A stretch of DNA of 64,000 nt, taken from the NCBI GenBank assembly GCA_963770565.1, contig CAVYQE010000001.1, positions 1,024,001 to 1,088,000 of the forward strand. Reading direction: 5' to 3'. A program made the position numbers and the translations under genes. Of this stretch, positions 8,674 to 16,590 are shown in pieces (position 1 is the stretch's first letter; each line of letters starts with the position of its first letter). The notes below the pieces were generated by a model that had not been told where the DNA came from, ran no database searches, and worked only from the letters and a program-made list of their open reading frames with translations. The stretch comes from an uncultured Actinomycetota bacterium. Its GTDB lineage: Bacteria > Actinomycetota > Actinomycetes > JAFAQI01.

Positions 8674-9533
8674 GACCGCGGCGCCGTCAGCTCGCGGGTC
8701 GGGATCGGGTCGGCGGCGGCCAGGATGCTGCGCACCGTGGCAAGGTCGGCGCGGACCTGATCCGCCGCGCCCTCCCAGTCGGTGTCGCGTTCGATGAAGA
8801 TGATGTCGGGGTTGGCTCGCGTCAACACACGTTCGAGCAACCTGAACACCTCCTCGTGCACCGGGCGCGAGTGCGAGTCGATCCATTCCTCGCCATGCCG
8901 GGTCCCGCCGGCCAGGTGGATGTAGCGGATCCGCTCAGCGGGCAGGGAGTCGATGAATGCCTCGGCATCGAGCGGGCGGTTCTGCGAGTTGATCCAGATG
9001 TTGGTCAGGTCGAGCAGGCAGTCCCACTCCGGCGAGGCATCGAGAAGTTCGCGGTAGAACTCTTCCGGCGTGTACGTCGAGCCGCTGATCATCGTCGTGG
9101 TCGCGAGGTTCTCCAGTCGCACTCGTCGGCCGGTCGCCGCCGAGATCCGGGCGATGTTCGCGACGGCGCACTCGAGCAGCTCGTCGTCGAAGCGATTCGG
9201 CGCGAGGTGACCGAGCGCGTGGCCGCCGGCGGCGGTGAATGCCAGGTGGTCGCTGTAGGCAACTGCGCCGACCGCGTCGGCGAGCCGCGCGATCCGGCCG
9301 AGGTAAGCCTCGGTCGGTCCGCTCACCGAAGCGACGTTGCCGCAAAGCCCATGGATCGCGACCGGGATGCCGGCCACGCCGAGCTCACGCAACTCCCACG
9401 ATCGGCAGAAGCCGGAGTCGGCGAAATAACGGTCCGCGACGAGTTCCACCACGTCGACCGCGCAACCGTCCGGTCCGGAGTAGAGCTCCGGCAGCTCGGG
9501 TCGGTAGCCCGCCCCCACCATCGTCAGGCCCAC
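8670..9533 (-). CDS. DUF692 family multinuclear non-heme iron-dependent oxidative enzyme (MNIO; MbnB/TglH/ChrH/BufB family)
   Basis: GAGYRPEL start, IHGL, YSDHLAF, GHLAP, LENLA, LLDLTN, IHLAGG, IDSHS, IERD: full set of DUF692 metal-ligand motifs. Alternative ATG at 9521. Confidence 0.9.
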   Translation of the reverse strand: MGLTMVGAGYRPELPELYSGPDGCAVDVVELVADRYFADSGFCRSWELRELGVAGIPVAIHGLCGNVASVSGPTEAYLGRIARLADAVGAVAYSDHLAFTAAGGHALGHLAPNRFDDELLECAVANIARISAATGRRVRLENLATTTMISGSTYTPEEFYRELLDASPEWDCLLDLTNIWINSQNRPLDAEAFIDSLPAERIRYIHLAGGTRHGEEWIDSHSRPVHEEVFRLLERVLTRANPDIIFIERDTDWEGAADQVRADLATVRSILAAADPIPTRELTAPRS

Positions 9534-10327
9534 TCGAGAACCCCCTGGGAATGCAGTCGTGCCAGCGTAACGATCGTGCGCTCCGGTTGATCGATGTCAA
9601 TGCAAAGCTCAGCGGCGGATTGCGGGCCGTGTTCGCGGAGGCGGGTCAGCGCGGTCGCGGCGGCGGGGAACAGGCGCAGGATCTTCGGGTCGCGGCGCTG
9701 GCCATCTTGGAAGAACAGCAGATCGCACGGATCGGGCGGAAGGTCGCGTAGCTCGGTCAGGGTGAAGGAGCGAAGCTGACGCAGATCCCAGTCAAAATGC
9801 TGCACCTCGATGCTCGGGTGCAGCCGCAGCAGCCGACCGCGATCGAAGGTGTCTGGAGCCGCCTGCGGATTGCTCCGATCGGGTAGAAGTTCCAACGGTG
9901 CCGGCTGCCAGAAAGCCCGGCAGACGGCGAGCTCGAAGATCGCGAGTTCGGCGATCGCCGGGCCGCATTCGCTCGTCGGGGCCGAGTCGACCGCGAGCCG
10001 GACGAGTGCCGCGCCGAAGCCCAGCGGGTCGTCGGACAGCGCTTCGGTCTGCGGTGTGTCGGCGGCGTAGTCCGCCAGCAAAGCCTCCGCCGACGCTCCG
10101 AGCAGCACAAATGTGCGCGGAAGCGCGCGGCGCAGGATCCCCTGACGCTTGTTGACGAAGGAGGCGGTCAGTGCGGCGAGGTCCGGGACCATGGCGACGA
10201 ACGTGTCGAGGTCGGCGCCCGTCAAGCCGAGTCGGCCGGCATATGCCGGGGGATCGGCAAGGCATTCGGACCGGTCACGACGGCTCGTGATGACGGCCCC
10301 CATCGCCGATTCAAGATCGTGGCGCAC
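9524..10327 (-). CDS. MNIO partner protein (DUF2063 / BufC-HvfC-like)
   Basis: LRRALPRTFVLLG…LLADY…P…FGAAL…IAELAIFELAV…LRLHPS…FDWDL pattern; abuts the DUF692 gene. Confidence 0.7.
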   Translation of the reverse strand: MRHDLESAMGAVITSRRDRSECLADPPAYAGRLGLTGADLDTFVAMVPDLAALTASFVNKRQGILRRALPRTFVLLGASAEALLADYAADTPQTEALSDDPLGFGAALVRLAVDSAPTSECGPAIAELAIFELAVCRAFWQPAPLELLPDRSNPQAAPDTFDRGRLLRLHPSIEVQHFDWDLRQLRSFTLTELRDLPPDPCDLLFFQDGQRRDPKILRLFPAAATALTRLREHGPQSAAELCIDIDQPERTIVTLARLHSQGVLEWA

Positions 10328-10414
10328 CTAGCCATTGTGCCGGTCTGGCGTTACCGTGAGCGTGGAAGAGCCTTTGGGTTGGACGGTTGATCGGCTGTCC
10401 TGGGGGAGGCCAGT

Positions 10415-11293
10415 ATGGGCGAGCACGAACTTGCACAGGGTTACTTGCGTGGGGAGATCTCTCGTCGGACCATGATCCGGCGTCTCGTCGGTGGCGGTCT
10501 TTCGCTGGTCGCAGCGTCCGCCTTCGTCGACGAGCTGACGGCGGCGGATGCGGCACCGTCCGCGCACGGCGTGCCGTCGATCACCTCGATCACCCCGTCG
10601 TCGGGACCGCCGTCCGGCGGGACCAAGGTGGTCATCCGCGGCAAGCACTTCCTCGGTACGACGGCGGTGCACTTCGGCTCGCACAAGGCGAAGATCCATT
10701 CGGTGGCGTCGGCCTCGATCCACGTGACGTCGCCGAAGGGCTCGACCGGCTCGGTCGACATCACCGTCACGAACAGTCACGGCACGTCGAAGAAGAGCAA
10801 GCACCATCACTTCACCTACGTCCACAACCTCGCGCCGACGGTGACCAAGGTCGTGCCGGCCTCGGGTCCATCGGCCGGCGGCACCGCGGTAGTCGTTTCC
10901 GGGCGCAACCTCGGCAAGGCCTCGGCGGTTCACTTCGGATCTCGTCGCGGCACGATCACCAAGGTCGGCGCGACGTCGATCCACGTGAAGTCGCCGATCG
11001 GCTCCGGCGTGGTCGACGTCACTGTGACCACCTCGCACGGCACCTCCCACAAGCACGCGGCTGACCACTACCACTTCCTGGTTGCCCCGACACCGACACC
11101 GACGCCGACTCCCACTCCCACGCCGACGCCGACTCCCACTCCGACTCCGACTCCGACGCCGACGCCGACGCCCACGCCCACGCCCACCTCGGGGAGCAGT
11201 TGCAACTCCGGTTGCAGCACGAGTGGCAGTTGTAACTCCGGTTGCGGCGTCGGGTGCAACTCGAGCGGTTGCTTCCAGTGCGGTTCAGGTTGA
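10415..11293 (+). CDS. Predicted Tat-exported protein: 2x IPT/TIG-like domain, (PT)17 linker, Cys-rich C-terminal tail; putative MNIO substrate
   Basis: GGGAGG RBS; ISRRTMIRRL twin-Arg plus hydrophobic stretch and ADA cleavage site; two PxxTxxxPxSGPxxGGTxVVxxGxxxxxxxAVHFG repeats; tail SGSSCNSGCSTSGSCNSGCGVGCNSSGCFQCGSG. Confidence 0.85.
   Translation: MGEHELAQGYLRGEISRRTMIRRLVGGGLSLVAASAFVDELTAADAAPSAHGVPSITSITPSSGPPSGGTKVVIRGKHFLGTTAVHFGSHKAKIHSVASASIHVTSPKGSTGSVDITVTNSHGTSKKSKHHHFTYVHNLAPTVTKVVPASGPSAGGTAVVVSGRNLGKASAVHFGSRRGTITKVGATSIHVKSPIGSGVVDVTVTTSHGTSHKHAADHYHFLVAPTPTPTPTPTPTPTPTPTPTPTPTPTPTPTPTPTSGSSCNSGCSTSGSCNSGCGVGCNSSGCFQCGSG
11087..11188 (+). repeat. Coding hexamer repeat (CCN ACN)x17 encoding a Pro-Thr stalk
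   Basis: 102 nt of CCG/CCC-ACA/ACG/ACT/ACC codon pairs; synonymous variation shows protein-level selection. Confidence 0.9.
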
Positions 11294-11339
11294 GGATCCG
11301 GGTTCCGGAAGTGACGTCCGTCACTGGTGACGGGTTGCG

Positions 11340-12695
11340 GTGACCGAAGGCGGCACCGAGGCCCCTGAGGGGGACGCCGCCGGGCTGCGGTTGGACGAGC
11401 CGGTGGTCGTGCTGACCGGCTCGCGGCACGGTTCGACGTTGGTGCGCTTGATCCTCGACGCCCACCCCTCGCTGGCCTGTCCGGCCGAGACCAACATCCT
11501 CTCGCTGTCGGCGCGGTTGGCGCGGGCCGCCCGGCTACTCGCAAGTTCCGGCGATCCCGCCCTCGGCCCTCCGCTCGACATCGCCCGGGAGACGATCGAC
11601 GCGTTGTTTGCCGACCATCTGCGCCGGGTCGGCAAGCAACGCTGGTGCGACAAGTCGATCGACTCGTCGCGGAACGCCGCTGCGTTTCTCGAGTGGTATC
11701 CGAAGACGAAGTTCCTCTGCCTGTATCGGCACTGCCTCGACGTGATCGATTCAGGCATCGAGGTGACGCCCTGGGGGCTGTCGAGCTTCGGGTTCCGTCC
11801 GTACGGGCAGCGCCACCCGGGCAACGACGTCGCCGCGATCGCCGAGTACTGGTTGACGATGACGACCCGGACGCTCGAGTTCGAGCAGGCTCACCCCGAG
11901 GTCTGCCATCGGGTCTACTACGAGGACCTGGTCGGGGCGCCCGAGGACGTTGCCGCCGAGATCTTCGAGTTCCTCGGCGAGCCCGTCGTACCCGGCATCA
12001 CCGCGACCTGCTTCACCACGGTGGGTGCTCCGGTCGGGCCGGGCGATCCGAAGGTGTGGGCGACGTCGGCCATCTCGGCCAGGTCGATCGGGCGCGGCGC
12101 CCGGGTGCCGCTCGAGCTCATTCCGGTCACCCTTCGCGACCCGGTGTCCGAGCTGCTGGTCGAGCTGGGGTATCCCAAGCTGGGCGACCGGTACGACCAG
12201 GTCGGCCGAGCGCCTTCGAACGGCGCCGCCCCGGCCACTCCAGGCGACGACATCGACCAGCGAATCGGGGCGCACCTGCGCGAAGCCCTCTCGATGCTTC
12301 CCCCGATCAGTGGTTCATGGCGGGCCGCGCTCGACGGCAAGCCGGTGGCGATCGTGGGATCGCCCTGGCCGGATGCGTCGTCGCATTGGCGGGTCGACCT
12401 GGCCGGGCGGAGCTGCGTGCGCTCGAGCGGTGATCCGCTGGACGGCACCGCGTGGGCGGTCCTCGCCGAACCTGACGCGCTGATCGACGTGATGAACGGT
12501 CGGCTCAACCTAGCGATCGCCATGCGGCGGGGCCTGATCCGGATCGAGCGCGACCATTCGACTGCGCTGTCGACGGACGTCAGCCAGCTGGTGCCGCTGG
12601 CCAGGGTCGGGCGCGACGATGTCGTCCGGCTGCAGGTCACCGCGCGGCTGCTCGGCGCCCCGTCGGCCGATCCGGACGAATCATGGGAGCAGTGA
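11340..12695 (+). CDS. PAPS-dependent sulfotransferase (TPST/Sulfotransfer_3-like) with C-terminal SCP2-like domain
   Basis: 5'-PSB-like GSRHGSTLVRLILDAHP, RWCDKS, 3'-PB-like YRHCLDVIDS, YEDLV; C-terminal WRVDL…LIDVMNGRLNLAIAMRRGLIRIE. Confidence 0.85.
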   Translation: MTEGGTEAPEGDAAGLRLDEPVVVLTGSRHGSTLVRLILDAHPSLACPAETNILSLSARLARAARLLASSGDPALGPPLDIARETIDALFADHLRRVGKQRWCDKSIDSSRNAAAFLEWYPKTKFLCLYRHCLDVIDSGIEVTPWGLSSFGFRPYGQRHPGNDVAAIAEYWLTMTTRTLEFEQAHPEVCHRVYYEDLVGAPEDVAAEIFEFLGEPVVPGITATCFTTVGAPVGPGDPKVWATSAISARSIGRGARVPLELIPVTLRDPVSELLVELGYPKLGDRYDQVGRAPSNGAAPATPGDDIDQRIGAHLREALSMLPPISGSWRAALDGKPVAIVGSPWPDASSHWRVDLAGRSCVRSSGDPLDGTAWAVLAEPDALIDVMNGRLNLAIAMRRGLIRIERDHSTALSTDVSQLVPLARVGRDDVVRLQVTARLLGAPSADPDESWEQ

Positions 12696-13780
12696 TGTCT
12701 CCGCAGCCCGAGGACGCGCTGCCCCACGAGAAAGCGCCGCCTCACGAGGAAGCGCTGCCCCACGACGAGCCGGCCGAAGACGAGGTCAGCCCGGAGTGGT
12801 GCCACTGGGCGGCCGTGTCGCTGCTCTCGGGAATGCCCCTGGCCGAGGTGATCTCGACGATGGCCGCGCAGGGCGTGCCCGAGCCGGATGCCGCGCGGGT
12901 GTGCGCGGCGGCGTTCATGGATCCGATGTTCGAGGCCGCGCAGACAATTGCACAGCAACACCGCAAGCTCGTCTCGGTGCTGGCGATGCGATCGACGATG
13001 CTGGACCTGGCCGAGAACGGGCGCGCGATCGAGCGCCGGTCCGGACTGAGCCGCAAGGAGTTCCTCGACGACTACTACGCCCGCAACCGGCCGGTCGTCC
13101 TCGAGGACGTCTGTGACACCTGGCCGGCGGTCGCGCAGTGGACCCCTGAGTACCTGGCCGAGGTGATCGGCTCCGCCGAGGTCGAGGTGATGTCCGACCG
13201 CGATGCCGACGACGACTACGAGATCAACGCGGACGCGCACAAGCAGTACATGCCCTTCGACGACTATGTTGCCCGGGTCCTCGCCGCTCAGTCGACGAAC
13301 GATCTCTATCTGGTGGCGAACAACCACCTGTTGGAGTCCGGCGTGGCCGAGCCGCTCTGGCGAGACATCGCGCTCGACGAGCGATACCTGGATCGCGGCG
13401 ATGCCGCGAGCCGGACCTACCTGTGGTTCGGCGCGGGTGGCACGATCACCAAGCTCCACCACGACGTGATGAACGTGATGTTCCACCAGGTCATGGGCTG
13501 GAAGCAGTTCACCTTGATCTCGCCGCTGGAGACCCCGCACCTCTATAACAACGCGTCGGTCTACAGCGATGTCGACCCGAAGTCGCCCGACTACACCCGG
13601 TTCCCGGCGTACGCGAATGCGCACCCGATCCATGTCACGGTCGGCCCGGGTGAGGCCTTGTTCGTGCCGGTCGGGTGGTGGCACCACGTCGAGGCGCTCG
13701 AGATGAGCATCAGCGTCTCGTCCACGAGCTTCGCCTTCCCGAACTCGATCGAGTGGTTCCATCCGGAGCGGCTGGGCTGA
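12695..13780 (+). CDS. JmjC / Cupin_8 Fe(II)-2OG oxygenase
   Basis: NRPVVL…WPA…WT, LWFG…TKLHHD (HxD), QVMGWKQFTLISP, GEALFVPVGWWHHV; ATG overlaps the sulfotransferase TGA. Confidence 0.88.
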   Translation: MSPQPEDALPHEKAPPHEEALPHDEPAEDEVSPEWCHWAAVSLLSGMPLAEVISTMAAQGVPEPDAARVCAAAFMDPMFEAAQTIAQQHRKLVSVLAMRSTMLDLAENGRAIERRSGLSRKEFLDDYYARNRPVVLEDVCDTWPAVAQWTPEYLAEVIGSAEVEVMSDRDADDDYEINADAHKQYMPFDDYVARVLAAQSTNDLYLVANNHLLESGVAEPLWRDIALDERYLDRGDAASRTYLWFGAGGTITKLHHDVMNVMFHQVMGWKQFTLISPLETPHLYNNASVYSDVDPKSPDYTRFPAYANAHPIHVTVGPGEALFVPVGWWHHVEALEMSISVSSTSFAFPNSIEWFHPERLG

Positions 13781-13816
13781 GCCTCGCGGTCCGGTCGGCG
13801 GCGATACCTTCAGGAC

Positions 13817-15043
13817 ATGACCGAGACCTCGGTGACGTTCCAGCCGTTCAGCGCGGCGTTCACCGATGACCCGTATCCGCACTACGCGGAGCTCCGGGCC
13901 CAGGTGCCGGTGGAGCAGCATGCGCTCGGCTTCTGGGCGCTGTGGCGGCATGCGGACGTGACCGAGGTGCTGCGGGCCCGGCTGTCGGTCGAGGAGGGCA
14001 ATGTCACCAGCTTCGGGCCGATGCGAGCGGTGTACGACGAGATCTACCGGGAGGCCAACACCGGCCGGCGCGGCGAGGGCATGTCGATGCTCGACCGCGA
14101 TCCGCCGGACCACACCCGGCTTCGCCGGCTCGTGTCGCGCGCGTTCACGCCACGCCGGATCGAGACCCTCATCCCGGTCGTCCAGTCCCTCGTCGACGAC
14201 GCGCTGGACCGGATCGCCGACGCCGGCGAAGTCGACCTCATCGAGGCGCTGGCGTTTCCCCTGCCGTTCGCGGTGATCTCGACGATGCTCGGGATGCCGG
14301 AGACCGATGTCACGCGGTTGCGCGAGCTGTCTCACCTGATCGTCAAGTCGCTCGAACCGGTGCCGGACGAGCAGACCATCCGCGAGATCATCCTGGCCGA
14401 CAAGGAGATGGCCGACCGTACCGCCGAGGCGATCGAGTGGAAGCGCGATCATCCCGCCGACGACCTGCTGACCGCGCTGATCAACGCCGAAGACGGCGGT
14501 GATGTGCTCAGCGACGAGGAGCTGATCGGTCAGGTGGTGCTGCTCTACGTCGCGGGTCACGAGACGACGGTCAACCTGATCGGCAATGGCACGCTGGCGC
14601 TGCTCAACGACCCCGCGCAGGCCGCGCTCTGGCGGGAGCGACCCGATCTCGACGACAACGCGGTCGAGGAGCTGCTGCGCTACGACAGTCCGGTGCAGCT
14701 GACCCGGCGGATCACCCTCGAGGACTACGAGGTCGACGGCCACGTCATCCCGAAGGGGAGTTTCGTCATGGCCAGCCTCGGCTCGGCCAACCGCGACGGG
14801 GCGCAGTTCGGGCCGGACGCCGACCGGGTCAGGCTCGATCGCGCGAACGCGAAGCAGCATGCGTCGTTCGGCGGCGGCGTCCACCACTGTCTCGGCGCCG
14901 CGCTGGCCCGGACCGAGGGCCGGATCGCGCTGTCGTCGCTGGTCCGCCGGTTCCCGTCGCTCGCCCTCGCCGGCGAGCCGGCCCGCAACGGGCGGATCAA
15001 CCTGCGCGGCCTCACCGCGCTCCCGGTCAGCGTCGAGTCATGA
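13817..15043 (+). CDS. Cytochrome P450
   Basis: DPPDHTRLRRLV, AGHETT, EELLRY, FGGGVHHCLG heme motif. Confidence 0.95.
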   Translation: MTETSVTFQPFSAAFTDDPYPHYAELRAQVPVEQHALGFWALWRHADVTEVLRARLSVEEGNVTSFGPMRAVYDEIYREANTGRRGEGMSMLDRDPPDHTRLRRLVSRAFTPRRIETLIPVVQSLVDDALDRIADAGEVDLIEALAFPLPFAVISTMLGMPETDVTRLRELSHLIVKSLEPVPDEQTIREIILADKEMADRTAEAIEWKRDHPADDLLTALINAEDGGDVLSDEELIGQVVLLYVAGHETTVNLIGNGTLALLNDPAQAALWRERPDLDDNAVEELLRYDSPVQLTRRITLEDYEVDGHVIPKGSFVMASLGSANRDGAQFGPDADRVRLDRANAKQHASFGGGVHHCLGAALARTEGRIALSSLVRRFPSLALAGEPARNGRINLRGLTALPVSVES

Positions 15044-15597
15044 CCACCGAGTCGCTGAAGGGCAAACTGCTCATCGCCGCGCCGGGGATGCAGGAGCCGA
15101 CCTTTTCGCGCACCGTGATCAGCGTGCTCGAGCACACCGACGACGGCGCACTGGGTGTCGTGATCAACCGCCCCGGTGACGCCTCGCTGATCGACATCGT
15201 GCCGCCGGTGGCTGAGCTCGCGAGCGAGCCGGCGGTGCTGTTCGCCGGCGGCCCGGTCGAACCGCAAGCCGCGATCGCCCTCGGTTTCGTCACCGGGACC
15301 GCAGCCGGCGACGCCTGCCGGCCGGTCGTTCCGCCATTGGTGACGGTGGACCTGGACTCCGATCCGGCCATCCTTGCCGCCTCGCTCCGAGAGCTCCGCG
15401 TCTTCTCCGGGTACGCCGGTTGGTCGGCCGGCCAGCTCGAGGGCGAGATCGCGGTCGGCGCCTGGTATGTCGTCGAGGCGTTGCCGCTCGACGCGTTCGA
15501 CGCGGAGCCGGGCCGGCTGTGGGCGGCGGTCCTTCGCCGGCAGCCGTGGCCGTTGTGTGCGGTCGCGACCTGTCCCATCGATCCGACCATGAACTGA
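15040..15597 (+). CDS. YqgE/AlgH family protein
   Basis: LKGKLLIAAP, FSRTVI, GVVINRP, GGPV, RVFSGYAGWSAGQLEGE. Confidence 0.9.
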   Translation: MTTESLKGKLLIAAPGMQEPTFSRTVISVLEHTDDGALGVVINRPGDASLIDIVPPVAELASEPAVLFAGGPVEPQAAIALGFVTGTAAGDACRPVVPPLVTVDLDSDPAILAASLRELRVFSGYAGWSAGQLEGEIAVGAWYVVEALPLDAFDAEPGRLWAAVLRRQPWPLCAVATCPIDPTMN

Positions 15598-15609
15598 GAG
15601 GCACCTGCG

Positions 15610-16524
15610 GTGGTTGCGCCGAGCGGCGAGCAGTTCGAGATCACGTCCGGTGAGCAGCGCGCGACCGTGGTCGAGGTCGGCGGCGGTCTCCGTACCTACA
15701 CGGTCGGTGACCGCGCGGTCCTCGACGGGTACGACGAGGCCGCGACCTGCGACGGAGCGCGCTGCCAGACCCTCGTGCCGTGGCCGAACCGCGTGCATGA
15801 CGGGAAGTGGAACTGGCGCGGCGCGGACTTGCAGCTCGCGCTGACCGAACCCGAGCAGCACAACGCGATTCACGGCCTGGTGCGTTGGATGCCATGGTCG
15901 GTGATCGAGCGCGCTGCCTCGTCGATCACGGTCGGCTGCACCTCACATCCGCAACCGGGCTATCCGTGGACGATCGAGGTTCGCAACGCGTGGTCGCTCG
16001 GCGCGGACGGTGTTGCGGTCGAAACCACGATCGTCAACCGCAGCGAGTCGATCGCACCGGTCGCTGCCGGGTTTCATCCTTACGTGCGGGTCGGAACCTC
16101 GACGATCGACGACGCCGTGCTGACCGTGCCCGGCGACACCCGGATCCTGACCGGCGAGCAGCAGATCCCGACCGGCCGCGAGCCGGTTGCCGGCACGGCA
16201 TACGACTTCCGGTCACCGCGCCGGATCGGCGACCTCGCGATCGACCACACCTATACCGACCTGCACCGCGACGACGACGGCCTAGCTCGCCTTCGGCTGG
16301 CCGCACCCGACCGAAGCGAGCAAGTGACGGTCTGGGTCGACGGGGCGTACCCGTACCTCGAGCTGTTCACCGGTGACGCGCTTCCAGATCCATCGCGCCG
16401 ACGCCAGGGGCTGGGAGTGGAGCCGATGTCGGTCCCGCCGAACGCGCTGGTCACTGGCGAGTCGGTGGTCGCACTCGAGCCAGGCGGGTCTTGGCGGGGA
16501 CATTGGGGAATCAACCCCTTCTAA
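15610..16524 (+). CDS. Aldose 1-epimerase family protein
   Basis: LVPWPNRV, HNAIHGLV, GFHPY, VEPMS. Confidence 0.88.
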   Translation: MVAPSGEQFEITSGEQRATVVEVGGGLRTYTVGDRAVLDGYDEAATCDGARCQTLVPWPNRVHDGKWNWRGADLQLALTEPEQHNAIHGLVRWMPWSVIERAASSITVGCTSHPQPGYPWTIEVRNAWSLGADGVAVETTIVNRSESIAPVAAGFHPYVRVGTSTIDDAVLTVPGDTRILTGEQQIPTGREPVAGTAYDFRSPRRIGDLAIDHTYTDLHRDDDGLARLRLAAPDRSEQVTVWVDGAYPYLELFTGDALPDPSRRRQGLGVEPMSVPPNALVTGESVVALEPGGSWRGHWGINPF

Positions 16525-16590
16525 CCTCGCGACCTTCACATCCGGAGTGGGACCGGAAGACTGGGCAGCAATCGCCGTACGATACGGCGC

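Noticed and set aside
11087-11188. Possible CRISPR array or VNTR
   Set aside because: A hexamer coding repeat with synonymous variation and no spacers; no cas genes or CRISPR array seen anywhere in the window.
11068-11544. (GV)n and (ES/AW)n repeat ORFs on the minus strand
   Set aside because: Reverse-frame readings of the Pro-Thr codon repeat.
11918-14887. 989-aa minus-strand ORF spanning the sulfotransferase, JmjC and P450 genes
   Set aside because: Antisense shadow of three well-supported plus-strand genes.
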